Source: Ignavibacteriaceae bacterium (lineage in GTDB: Bacteria > Bacteroidota > Ignavibacteria > Ignavibacteriales > Ignavibacteriaceae). From it: a stretch of 64,000 nt of DNA. Location of the stretch: assembly GCA_046706945.1 (NCBI GenBank), contig JBJKOY010000213.1, positions 731-64,730 of the forward strand. Direction: 5' to 3'. Position numbers and translations under genes: made by a program. Below, piece after piece: positions 1 to 8,757 of the stretch; position 1 is the stretch's first letter; the number at the start of each line of letters is the position of its first letter. The notes under the pieces were generated by a model, which worked only from the letters and a program-made list of their open reading frames with translations, ran no database searches and was not told the DNA's origin.

Positions 1-568
1 CATCGATTCCGGGACTTATTGTTACCTTTTTGCCGGGAGTGAAAAACAACTCTCGTGTTTTCTTTGCCGCGGTGTCCCATTTTTTCTTATCGTAGACCGG
101 ATTACTTGCATCTGTAATATTATCAGGATTGATAAAACCCAGGCTGTTGCAACTCGGATTCCATAGCTGGTTTAAGTGAATCCCAAAACTAGGCGGTTCA
201 ATTGTAGCAGAAGAGACTTTGCCTTTATAATTATAAAAGTAACAGAATTGAACGCTCATTTTACCTGGCATACCGTATTTGAATTTTTTTTCCCCGTAGA
301 ATTCCGAATATAACATTACGTTGCAGTCGAACCCCTTTATATCATGCAGAACGGGGTTTTTGCGAAGCGCATCCGTCAGTGAAACTAATTTGGAATAATT
401 TGAGTTTTCTTCTGCCTTGTCATATTTGCAGTCTTCGCAGGTGTAAATAGTCCATTTGTTTATTTTAAACTCGCCGCTTTTATCCAAAACCAGTTGTGTC
501 CCCTGGGCAAAAGCCGTTGAGGTAGAAACAATAAACAGCAAATATATAATTACGGCGTTTTTACTCAT
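1..568 (-). CDS. hypothetical secreted protein, N-terminal part (gene runs off the window start)
   Basis: Hand translation of the minus strand from ATG at 568 gives 189 codons with no stop up to the window edge. It is absent from the ORF track because it has no in-window stop. The N-terminus MSKNAVIIYLLFIVSTSTAFAQG looks like a signal peptide. No recognisable domain. Confidence 0.5.
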   Translation of the reverse strand, partial: MSKNAVIIYLLFIVSTSTAFAQGTQLVLDKSGEFKINKWTIYTCEDCKYDKAEENSNYSKLVSLTDALRKNPVLHDIKGFDCNVMLYSEFYGEKKFKYGMPGKMSVQFCYFYNYKGKVSSATIEPPSFGIHLNQLWNPSCNSLGFINPDNITDASNPVYDKKKWDTAAKKTRELFFTPGKKVTISPGID

Positions 569-631
569 ACTTCACCCCTTTGAAAATACTAAACTCTTGT
601 TGGATTCTTAAGCAATAGATTAAAAAGTCTT

Positions 632-1852
632 CTACGACTTTAAGAACTCTACTCTGCGATTAAGAGCTTTATTCGCCGCGCTGTCATTTTGAGCAATCGG
701 TTCGCTTTCGCCTTTGCCGTCGGTCTCAATTCTTGCGGCATCTATTCCGAAATCATTTACAAGAACATTTTTAACGGAGGCCGCTCTGCGTTTGGAGAGA
801 TCAAGATTGGACTTGTCATCCCCGTCGGCATCGGTATGGCCGACAATTTTAATTTTAACATCGGGATTGTCCGTAAGAACTTTTGAAATTTCCTTTAATG
901 TTCCGAATGATTCGGATTTAACAACATCCTTGTTTACGTCAAAATAAATCCCGTAACTAACAAGCTTTCCTTCGGTGAGAAGTTTGCTGCGCATATCCGG
1001 GGCGGCGTTAGTAATCCGCAAATTGGAGATATAAGATCCGCATGAAGCCCCTCTGCTTAGTTTAAAGCCGAGCCTGCTGAGTTTTACGCCGTCATATATA
1101 TTAGTCGGTATATCGAGTACTTTAGCCTGCTGATGATAGATTCTTACTCTTCTGCCCTGAACCCAAATGATAACGTGATTAACTTTTTCTTCAACCACAG
1201 GCTGAACATTTGAATTGGCTGCAATGTTATCGTTCTCCCCGGTTTTATATCCCAAAGTATTCCAATTTCCTTTTTCAATCGAGATCAAAATACCGCCGTT
1301 GCCTGGACGAGGATTATTATCCATCTCTTTTCTTTTATTTTCGCCGTAAAGCATAAGGCCTGCCGCAATCCGACCGCCGGCTTTTTTAGGAACAATATCA
1401 AACTCAATGATAAAGTTTTTAGGGAAATCTATATCATTTAAGAAAAAATAATTTCCGTCGGTGCTGTTTAAATTAAACCAGTTCCCTGGAGCAATATTAA
1501 TAGTGTTAATTTCTCCCGCGGCATTAGCCGTCCATAAAGCAGGAAAATCTCCTACGGCGTCCTGACTGAAATCATCGTATAAAATTACTTTATCCCCGGG
1601 TACGAAATCGTATTTGGTAGAACTTGAAAACCGGACGTTCTCGCCGGCCTTGGTCTCCTCGGTTTTGGCAGTATTAACTTTCTTTGCGGAGTCCTGCTTT
1701 GCATTGCCGGTTTTCGCCTCAGGCTTTTTCTGTATTTCTTTAATTATAGCTTTTTCGGCTTCTTTTTTGATTTTATTGAAAATTTGAGCATGTGAAGTAT
1801 GAACTATACCAGCTATGTATGCTAATATGAAAACAAAGATTATATTTTTCAT
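632..1852 (-). CDS. OmpA-family protein with N-terminal lectin/jelly-roll-like region
   Basis: Signal peptide MKNIIFVFILAYIAGIVHTSHA. C-terminal OmpA/MotB peptidoglycan-binding motif: GHTDADGDDKSNLDLSKRRAASVKNVL...NRRVEFL. Confidence 0.85.
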   Translation of the reverse strand: MKNIIFVFILAYIAGIVHTSHAQIFNKIKKEAEKAIIKEIQKKPEAKTGNAKQDSAKKVNTAKTEETKAGENVRFSSSTKYDFVPGDKVILYDDFSQDAVGDFPALWTANAAGEINTINIAPGNWFNLNSTDGNYFFLNDIDFPKNFIIEFDIVPKKAGGRIAAGLMLYGENKRKEMDNNPRPGNGGILISIEKGNWNTLGYKTGENDNIAANSNVQPVVEEKVNHVIIWVQGRRVRIYHQQAKVLDIPTNIYDGVKLSRLGFKLSRGASCGSYISNLRITNAAPDMRSKLLTEGKLVSYGIYFDVNKDVVKSESFGTLKEISKVLTDNPDVKIKIVGHTDADGDDKSNLDLSKRRAASVKNVLVNDFGIDAARIETDGKGESEPIAQNDSAANKALNRRVEFLKS

Positions 1853-2082
1853 TGTAGTTCCCCAATTATTATTAATCTTTTAATTTTACATCCTAATATA
1901 TATACAAATATCTAATTTTGTATCAACTAAAATAATCGATGACTTGAGGAAGCAGGAAATGCTCTGCTTCCATTATGTGAAACGGCGGTAATGTTATTTC
2001 CTCTAATAAAATATTGCCATAGTAAAAATTTGAGTGTATCGTTTGTGACTATTTTAACTGATGAGATCCTATGAACATACTT

Positions 2083-4254
2083 TCAGCGAACCGTTTTTTC
2101 CAGCTTCCCGTTCCGGACAATAAAATCATAGGTCTTGTTCCTGAATTTAAAATTCTTCAATTCAAGTTTAGTTACTCCTTCCGGAAGCATCGGCTTGTAC
2201 ATTTCTTTCAGCCCGTCGCCGGTAATTCTTAAGCCGGTATAGCCGAAAATTACCTGCTGCAGAAACGCGCCCGCGCCTGTTAAAAAGTTTATATTATTAT
2301 TGTCATGCGTTTCGGCAAGAACATTGAACGGCGGACGCAGATAACCGTAAAGGGTAGTGTCGATTATCCAGTTAAATAGGCTGTCCTTCCCGAGTTCGGC
2401 TGCAATTACCGGGAGAAAATTAGTCCCCATGTTAGCACCGGAACCGTTTTTCTTAAGACTTTCAACAGCGTGCATGAAATCATTTCTTTTTGCGCTTTCG
2501 TTCATCTTCATTTGCAGAGGATAATCCAGAAGCGGCGTAACGCTCGACCAAAGTTCGGATGCACCCGCACTAGCTTTTGCGTTTCCGTAAACGGGATGAA
2601 ATTGTTCTTTTTTGTTGTAGGGGATAAACATTTTCTTACCGATCTTTTCCCATTCCGGGTTTGCTTTTTCACCAAGTACCTTTGCCGTTTTAACGGCAAG
2701 CTCCAGATTTATTTTAGCAATTGAATTGGTATATGTCTCATTGCTCAAATCCGTAAGACCTTCGCTTACCGAAACCACATTTCCTATCTCGTACCGGTCT
2801 TTGCTTTTATTGTAACTTACCCTGCTTACCCAGAAGTCCGCTGTAGCAAAAATAACTTTCGAACCGAACTTACTCAGCCAGGTTGTATCTCCGGTCGCGA
2901 GGAAATACTGCCATTGCGCGAACGCGACATCCCCGACGATATGATTTTCGCCGAGCGCATTCTGATATGCGAAATACGGCGTGGATTCCTCTCCTAGTTC
3001 GTTCGATTCCCACGGGTACATAGCTCCTTTAAGCTTATTTTTTGCGGCATTCTTTTCGGCGTTTTTTAATGCGGAGTACCTGAACATCACCATTGACTTA
3101 GCCATGTCCGGGTGCATTAAGAGCAGAGGCGGGAACATATATGTATCGGCATCCCAGAATATATGCCCGAAATATCCCGACGTTGCCAATCCCATCGGCG
3201 GAATGCTGAAGCCAGTACCTTTCCGGACGCTGCACATAAGATAGAACATGTCCGAACGAACGATCTTTTGAAGCTTATCGCCGCCGTTAAGTACTATGTC
3301 GGTTTTCCATAGATCGGCCCATTTGTTTCTGTTCTCTTTGAGCAGTTCATCATATCCTTTTTCTTTTATTGATTTAAGAACCTCCTCAGCCCTTAAAGAG
3401 TAGTCATTGCTTTCTTTCGAGGATACTACCGAGATATATTTGTACAGAGTATACGTTACGTTACTTTCGGCATTCAATTCAATTTCAAATGCCGTACTCT
3501 TATGATCTTTTTTCGTTTTTAAACCGTAATTACCGGCATTAGAACTTAGTCCGAATGCACTTGCTTCTGCAACAAAGGTTTTTCTTCCGTCGGCTTTGGA
3601 GACTAAAGATAGTACGGTATCCTTTTTATCATCGGCGCCGGTTTTTATAACTTTCATATATCCGGGGTACCAGAATGACGGCCACTGTCCCTTAGGGGTG
3701 GGAGCGACTTTTTTCAGTTTCGCCATCGGCTGCCTTTGAGGCGCATCCCATCCGGTTAGCGAAACACGAAGTTTTACTTTACCCGAAAAATTAGGCGTAA
3801 AAGAAAATTTGACGGCCGCGGCGTTAGGGTTATTGCGGGAAACAAAAGTTTCAACGTTAATATTAGCTGCTTTATCTCCGTCTTTCCACCGGTAAGAAGT
3901 TTCAATTGTGCCGTCGTACATGTTTATTTTTTGATCAAACGACTCCAGATCTTTTCCATTAATTAATGTTTTATTAAGCCAGTTTGAACCGTTAAAAAAA
4001 TCGACGGTATTCCACGCAGGAAGTTTTGCGATTCTCGGTATATCGTCTTTCCCGTGGTCATAAACCCACGCCATATACGATTCGGAGGGATTTGATCCCA
4101 GTACGGAGGTCGATAAACTGAAGTTGCCGTTGCCTGTATATCCGGGAAAATAGTTATTAAAGGAATGAGTTTCTAAAATAAAAGAAGAATCCTGTGCCTT
4201 AACTGCAGGGACCGGCAAAATTAAAAGCAGAATGACTATGACAGATATTTTCAT
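2083..4254 (-). CDS. glycoside hydrolase family 65 protein, secreted (hydrolase-type, trehalase/kojibiose-hydrolase-like)
   Basis: Signal peptide MKISVIVILLLILPVPAVKAQ. GH65 catalytic-domain motifs HIFWDADTYMFPPLL and GAMYPWESNELGEESTP. Length 723 aa. Confidence 0.8.
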   Translation of the reverse strand: MKISVIVILLLILPVPAVKAQDSSFILETHSFNNYFPGYTGNGNFSLSTSVLGSNPSESYMAWVYDHGKDDIPRIAKLPAWNTVDFFNGSNWLNKTLINGKDLESFDQKINMYDGTIETSYRWKDGDKAANINVETFVSRNNPNAAAVKFSFTPNFSGKVKLRVSLTGWDAPQRQPMAKLKKVAPTPKGQWPSFWYPGYMKVIKTGADDKKDTVLSLVSKADGRKTFVAEASAFGLSSNAGNYGLKTKKDHKSTAFEIELNAESNVTYTLYKYISVVSSKESNDYSLRAEEVLKSIKEKGYDELLKENRNKWADLWKTDIVLNGGDKLQKIVRSDMFYLMCSVRKGTGFSIPPMGLATSGYFGHIFWDADTYMFPPLLLMHPDMAKSMVMFRYSALKNAEKNAAKNKLKGAMYPWESNELGEESTPYFAYQNALGENHIVGDVAFAQWQYFLATGDTTWLSKFGSKVIFATADFWVSRVSYNKSKDRYEIGNVVSVSEGLTDLSNETYTNSIAKINLELAVKTAKVLGEKANPEWEKIGKKMFIPYNKKEQFHPVYGNAKASAGASELWSSVTPLLDYPLQMKMNESAKRNDFMHAVESLKKNGSGANMGTNFLPVIAAELGKDSLFNWIIDTTLYGYLRPPFNVLAETHDNNNINFLTGAGAFLQQVIFGYTGLRITGDGLKEMYKPMLPEGVTKLELKNFKFRNKTYDFIVRNGKLEKTVR

Positions 4255-4278
4255 TTCTTATTCCTTTTAAAACTTAAA

Positions 4279-4313
4279 CCGGCGCCGGTAAGGAGAGAGA
4301 TTACCGGCACCGG
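4279..4313 (-). terminator. candidate rho-independent terminator or attenuator after the TonB-dependent receptor
   Basis: 13-bp stem CCGGCGCCGGTAA / TTACCGGCACCGG with one mismatch and a 9-nt loop. On the minus strand it is followed by the T-rich run TTTAAGTTTTAAAAGG. It lies 22 bp past the stop at 4335. Confidence 0.4.
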
Positions 4314-4334
4314 ACATTAGGAAATTTATAACCG

Positions 4335-7109
4335 TTAGAAACTATATTTTGCCGTCAAAGTCAACCTTCTCGGCAGGATCGGCCTTGCAAGGAAATAATT
4401 GCCGACCGAGCTTGCTCTGGGATTTCCTTCCTCAAGTCCCAGGCTTTGATATAAGTTCGTTACTCCAAGAGTAAAAGTGACCGCTTCCGAAGGTATGTAG
4501 TAGGCCAGACTGACATTCATATAATTATATGCCGGAAGCGCCGTACCTGCAACTATTACGGGAACGCCGCCTGATGTAAAATTACTAACGAGTGTACCGC
4601 CTACCCGGTTACCGACATAATGCCAGTCAAGCGCGAGGGTCCAGTTATCCAGGGTGTATGTTCCCATCAGATCGCCTATAGAAGTGGGTATGCCGTTAAG
4701 CAATGAACCAATGTCGGGACCGGCCCCGCTTCCGAATACTGATCTAAGCAGCGTCCAGTTTCCTCTTAGGAACAGTCCCGTTGCGGGCGTATAAGTAACG
4801 TCGGCTTCAATACCGTAAGCCCTTTGTTCCGGAGAATAATTTGTAACCCATTCAACTCCTCCGTTAGGAGTGTTAACGGCGCCCTGGCTGTTGATGTTTT
4901 TCAGATCGGCCCAGAAAACGTCGGCGTTGAAAGAAACCGGGTCGCCGTAGTACTTAAAACCGCCTTCATATTGAAGTGTTGTTTCATCCTTGAATATGGC
5001 GACTTGTGCCGGTTGATCCTGCAGAAGATTATCCAGGGAAGGCATTTCGTATGCGCGGCTCATGTTTGCATAAAAAGCCCAGACGTTCGGTATGATGTCG
5101 TAGTTAAGTCCGGCCGAAAATGCCCAGTCGTGCAATGTTGTACTCATATGCCGGTAGCTTCCGTTTCCCCAGGCTTCCTTTGCATACGGCGGTGTTGTCG
5201 AATCTACGGCCGTACCGTTGGGCTGAACCGTTGAATTGTTCTCGGTTGTTTGAACAAATCCGTCACTCTCCCAGCGCCCGGCAATGTTAAGCCGCAGTTT
5301 TTTAGTAACCATCATTTGATCGCTAAGCACCCCGTCTAAAATGTTGGCTTGCCCGGCGCCGTTTACGAAATACGACATGTAGTTTGTGAACCCGTTCTTG
5401 GTAACATCAACCATCTTTTTCGCTCCGGTGGCGGGATCGGTATAAGAAACTGAAGCGTCGACGAAGTGAGTGATATCCTGGACGTCCGTCAGAACGGTAG
5501 GGAAATACCAGTTGTTTCCCATGGAATAGTTTGCAAAATAAAGTATCAGGCTGAGGTCATGATGGTAAAGGAAATCTCCTCCAAGATCGAGCGACTTATT
5601 TATCTGAAGCTGCTCCTGGAAAGCGGACATCGGCTTTGCGACGTGCCATTCGTTGCCCGGGGCTATAAGATTATTGGCCGGCGTATAAGCAGGATTCGGA
5701 AAGGCTACATGATTTCCGTTGGCATCAAGGATATTTGTATATGAAAGGTTCCACGCAATGTTTGAAGCGTTCGCGGGAACGTATCCCTGTTTCTGAAGAT
5801 TGGCCAGCTGGGAACTTTCAAAAGCTCCGATGGGTTCCGCATTGCCGGGGATTATAGCGTTCCATTGCTGCTTATTGCTCATTACCTGTAATTGGTTTTT
5901 AACGCTCCAGCCGTCGGGGAATTCCATGTATAACTCACCTGTCAACCAGCCTGCATCGGTGGAAAGTCCGTTCCCGAGCGGGAGATTCAAAGAACCGTTC
6001 GGCGTCGGCACGGAAATGTTGAGTCCTTCCGGAGAATTGAAAGAGCCGTATGTACCGAACCCGGGTACAAATTGCGTCGGGTTGGAAGGATTATCGTGCG
6101 GCAGATCTAGAATGAATTGGCTCTGGTCGTTTATGTACTTCCCGTATACCCTGATATAACCGTTTTTGAAGAGCCTGGTAATATTACCCTGGATCTCTCC
6201 GCCGTGGTTTCCCGGAAAACCCGGGTTTCTTATTCCGTGATCGTACAGGTAAAATCCGCCGAGGTCGAACCGCCAGTCCTGTCCGATCGGGCCGTTGAGA
6301 TTGTAGTCAACCCTGGCAAGTCCCTGAGTCCCTGCTTCGACCTGCGCTTCGCCGCCGAGCGTGGGGCCCCCGGTTTTTGAAATTAAGTTTATAACGGCAG
6401 CGGGGGTATTAGAACCGTAAAGGCCCGCGCTTCCGCCGCGGACTACTTCAACTCGCTGCACGTTATCATTTATCCTGAAGAGGTTATCGGTGTTCATGAA
6501 GAAAATGTTCTGCGTAGGGAAATCGGGAAGTCCGTCTTCCATAAAATTTATATAAATAGTCGAGAATATTCCCCGCATCGTGTAATTTTCGTTTACGTAG
6601 CCTCCTGAGCTTTCAACTCTGGTGAAACCCGGTACGTATTTAAGGAATCCGGTTGTGCTTTGCGGCATTGCCAGGCCCAGTGCTTTGGGATCCAGCGTAC
6701 TGATTGAACTTGTAGAATTCAGCTTTCGGACAGGCAGCGCACTTCCGGTGACAACCACTTCCTGCATTCCGAGCACGTCTTGTTCCAGAGTGAAATCCTG
6801 GGTGACGGTCTTTCCTTCAGCTACCGTAACATCCCTGGTAACGGAACTGTAACCGACCGCGCTGGCTCTCAACTGGTGAGCGCCCGCGGGAACATTTTTA
6901 ATCTCATAGTTTCCTTTTGCATCGCTTGCGGCACCCGTGTTTGTATGAACAATCAGAACGTTGACAAACGGAACTGCATTTCCGTTCTTATCCAAAGTCC
7001 TGCCTTTTATTGTTCCCCCGCTTTGGGCAAGGCTTTGGCTTGTCAGGAAAAATAACAACGGGAAAATAAAAGCTGCTTTAAATAATACCTTGAGTTTGAA
7101 ATGCATCAT
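4335..7109 (-). CDS. TonB-dependent receptor with CarboxypepD_reg N-domain
   Basis: Signal peptide, a carboxypeptidase-regulatory-like domain (GTIKGRTLDKNGNAVPFVNVLIV...GNYEIKNVPAG), a plug region, and a long beta-barrel ending in the aromatic ..LTAKYSF. The ORF track starts at GTG 7127. ATG 7109 is preferred because a perfect AGGAGG lies 6 nt upstream. Confidence 0.9.
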   Translation of the reverse strand: MMHFKLKVLFKAAFIFPLLFFLTSQSLAQSGGTIKGRTLDKNGNAVPFVNVLIVHTNTGAASDAKGNYEIKNVPAGAHQLRASAVGYSSVTRDVTVAEGKTVTQDFTLEQDVLGMQEVVVTGSALPVRKLNSTSSISTLDPKALGLAMPQSTTGFLKYVPGFTRVESSGGYVNENYTMRGIFSTIYINFMEDGLPDFPTQNIFFMNTDNLFRINDNVQRVEVVRGGSAGLYGSNTPAAVINLISKTGGPTLGGEAQVEAGTQGLARVDYNLNGPIGQDWRFDLGGFYLYDHGIRNPGFPGNHGGEIQGNITRLFKNGYIRVYGKYINDQSQFILDLPHDNPSNPTQFVPGFGTYGSFNSPEGLNISVPTPNGSLNLPLGNGLSTDAGWLTGELYMEFPDGWSVKNQLQVMSNKQQWNAIIPGNAEPIGAFESSQLANLQKQGYVPANASNIAWNLSYTNILDANGNHVAFPNPAYTPANNLIAPGNEWHVAKPMSAFQEQLQINKSLDLGGDFLYHHDLSLILYFANYSMGNNWYFPTVLTDVQDITHFVDASVSYTDPATGAKKMVDVTKNGFTNYMSYFVNGAGQANILDGVLSDQMMVTKKLRLNIAGRWESDGFVQTTENNSTVQPNGTAVDSTTPPYAKEAWGNGSYRHMSTTLHDWAFSAGLNYDIIPNVWAFYANMSRAYEMPSLDNLLQDQPAQVAIFKDETTLQYEGGFKYYGDPVSFNADVFWADLKNINSQGAVNTPNGGVEWVTNYSPEQRAYGIEADVTYTPATGLFLRGNWTLLRSVFGSGAGPDIGSLLNGIPTSIGDLMGTYTLDNWTLALDWHYVGNRVGGTLVSNFTSGGVPVIVAGTALPAYNYMNVSLAYYIPSEAVTFTLGVTNLYQSLGLEEGNPRASSVGNYFLARPILPRRLTLTAKYSF

Positions 7110-7176
7110 ACAAATCCTCCTTGTCACTTATAAAAATTTTAATTAGGGGTAACCTTTGTTTTATAAGCGGCGGAAG

Positions 7177-7192
7177 GTCAAAAATTAGACCA
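7177..7192 (-). promoter_or_regulatory. sigma-54-like -24/-12 box (TGGTCTAATTTTTGAC read on the minus strand) upstream of the TonB receptor/GH65 genes
   Basis: GG and TTG have the spacing of the TGGCACG-N4-TTGCW consensus, but the C of the -12 GC is missing. The box is near-identical to the one at 11811-11826. It lies 68 bp upstream of ATG 7109 and about 90 bp from the palindrome at 7274-7290. Confidence 0.35.
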
Positions 7193-7236
7193 TTACTGAC
7201 GGATACAAAAATCATTCATTCCATACAAAATTATAA

Positions 7237-7250
7237 TTGATTTGGATCAA
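7237..7250. promoter_or_regulatory. perfect TTGAT-N4-ATCAA palindrome (FNR/CRP-family-type box)
   Basis: The sequence TTGATTTGGATCAA sits in the divergent intergenic region between the receptor (minus strand) and the solute-binding protein (plus strand). Confidence 0.25.
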
Positions 7251-7273
7251 CCATTATAAAAGTTATAATATTT

Positions 7274-7290
7274 ATTATCTCTCTGATAAT
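7274..7290. promoter_or_regulatory. candidate enhancer (UAS) palindrome ATTATCT-CTC-TGATAAT, core TTATC-N5-GATAA
   Basis: It has the same 7-N3-7 layout and TTATC-N5-GATAA core as the palindrome at 11714-11730. An extra GATAA half-site lies at 7292-7296. Confidence 0.35.
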
Positions 7291-7407
7291 TGATAAGTCT
7301 AATCATCGATTAAAACATTCAAAATACGGCAGCATATTTTTTGATGCGGTTCTAAAAATTACCGCCGTCAATAAATTTAATACTTTCTGTAACTTCGGTC
7401 GTCTTAA

Positions 7408-8745
7408 ATGAAATCAAAAAGAATAAGTATTGATCGCCTTAAATATTTGCTGAAGTTCATGTCCTCGCCGTTCGGGACGTTCGTACTGGCCTTGTTTGCT
7501 CTGGCTGTTTACCTGTTTATTATTCTCAGAAGCGCGTTCCCTGAGCCTAATAAAGAATCGGTTGTTTATTTTGCCGGGGATATCTCCTACGCACATCAAG
7601 AGGTAATAAATGAATTCAATGCCGCGCATTCGGGGAAAATTAAGGTCGTCCCGATCGATCTGGCATTTAAAGAATTTACTACGAACGACAGGAAGGAACT
7701 TATTGCCCGTGCTTTAAGCGGCAAGTTCGATAAGTTCGATATATTTGCAGTCGACCAGATCTGGGTGAAAAGGTTTGCGAAATGGGGGGAGCCATTGAAC
7801 AATTATTTCCCGCAGAAGGCCTTAAAAAATATAATGCCTGAACCTCTTCAGTCATGCTACGCGGGGAGCAGTCTTGTTGCCGTTCCTATTAACATCGACG
7901 CGAGTATTATGTATTACAGGAGAGATTTGATGAAGAAGCTGAAGAATTATGACGAAATAAAAAAAGAACTGGACAGTTCGATTACCTGGGGAAGTTTTAT
8001 TAAGCTTGGCGAGAAGCTGAACTCAAGAAGCCACCCGTTTTATATCTTTCCGGCTGACGATTATGAAGGCCTGGTCTGCAGCTACATGGAGCTTGCTTTA
8101 ACTGCTTCACCCGACATCTTTACAGGCAGCAGGATTAACATTCTAACAAAAGGATCGGTAAATGCTTTACGGCTGCTGTCCGATTTGGTGCAAAGGTATA
8201 AAATATCTCCGATGAACGTGCTTGATTTTGACGAAACTTCAAGCCTCAAATATTTTATTGACAGCAACGGGTATTTTCTGAGAGGCTGGCCCAGCTACGC
8301 GAAGGATAAAAAAAATCTTTTTGATTTTTCGGCTAGCGGAGATGACCTAAGCTATTCGCCGGTACCCCATTTAAAAGGCTTTCAGCCGAAGGCAATTCTG
8401 GGAGGATGGAATATAATGCTCTCCAAATCATCGAGGAATAAAGCCGCCGCGGTAGAATTCCTAAAGTTCGTAATCAGCAAGGAGGCCCAGAGGATCCTTT
8501 ATACAAAAGGAGGATACCTGCCCGCGTTAAAATCTTTTTACGGCGATACGGCATATCCGAAATTGAAATTTTTCAAAAAAATAATCGACAACGGCGTTCA
8601 TCGCCCGTTCCTTAAAAACTATACCGGAATATCGGACATTCTCGCTTACTATATTCATAAAGCAGTCAGCGGAGAACTTACCGCGCGCCAGGCATTGAGC
8701 CGGGCTAATGCCATGATTAACTCCGGTAAAATATTAATTAGATGA
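7408..8745 (+). CDS. membrane-anchored extracellular solute-binding protein (family 1), likely a sensor co-receptor
   Basis: N-terminal TM anchor FGTFVLALFALAVYLFIIL followed by about 400 aa with sugar-type SBP features. No ABC permease or ATPase genes are in the window. A histidine kinase gene follows immediately. Confidence 0.8.
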   Translation: MKSKRISIDRLKYLLKFMSSPFGTFVLALFALAVYLFIILRSAFPEPNKESVVYFAGDISYAHQEVINEFNAAHSGKIKVVPIDLAFKEFTTNDRKELIARALSGKFDKFDIFAVDQIWVKRFAKWGEPLNNYFPQKALKNIMPEPLQSCYAGSSLVAVPINIDASIMYYRRDLMKKLKNYDEIKKELDSSITWGSFIKLGEKLNSRSHPFYIFPADDYEGLVCSYMELALTASPDIFTGSRINILTKGSVNALRLLSDLVQRYKISPMNVLDFDETSSLKYFIDSNGYFLRGWPSYAKDKKNLFDFSASGDDLSYSPVPHLKGFQPKAILGGWNIMLSKSSRNKAAAVEFLKFVISKEAQRILYTKGGYLPALKSFYGDTAYPKLKFFKKIIDNGVHRPFLKNYTGISDILAYYIHKAVSGELTARQALSRANAMINSGKILIR

Positions 8746-8757
8746 TGAGATAAAGAT

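Noticed and set aside
1948-1971. Hairpin GGAAGCAG-N8-CTGCTTCC between the GH65 stop and the OmpA-family gene start.
   Set aside because: No U-tract follows it on either strand, so it cannot be called an intrinsic terminator. The same applies to the AT-rich hairpin at 19369-19391 and to the TAAGCCGG/CCGGCTTA hairpin at 50665-50695.
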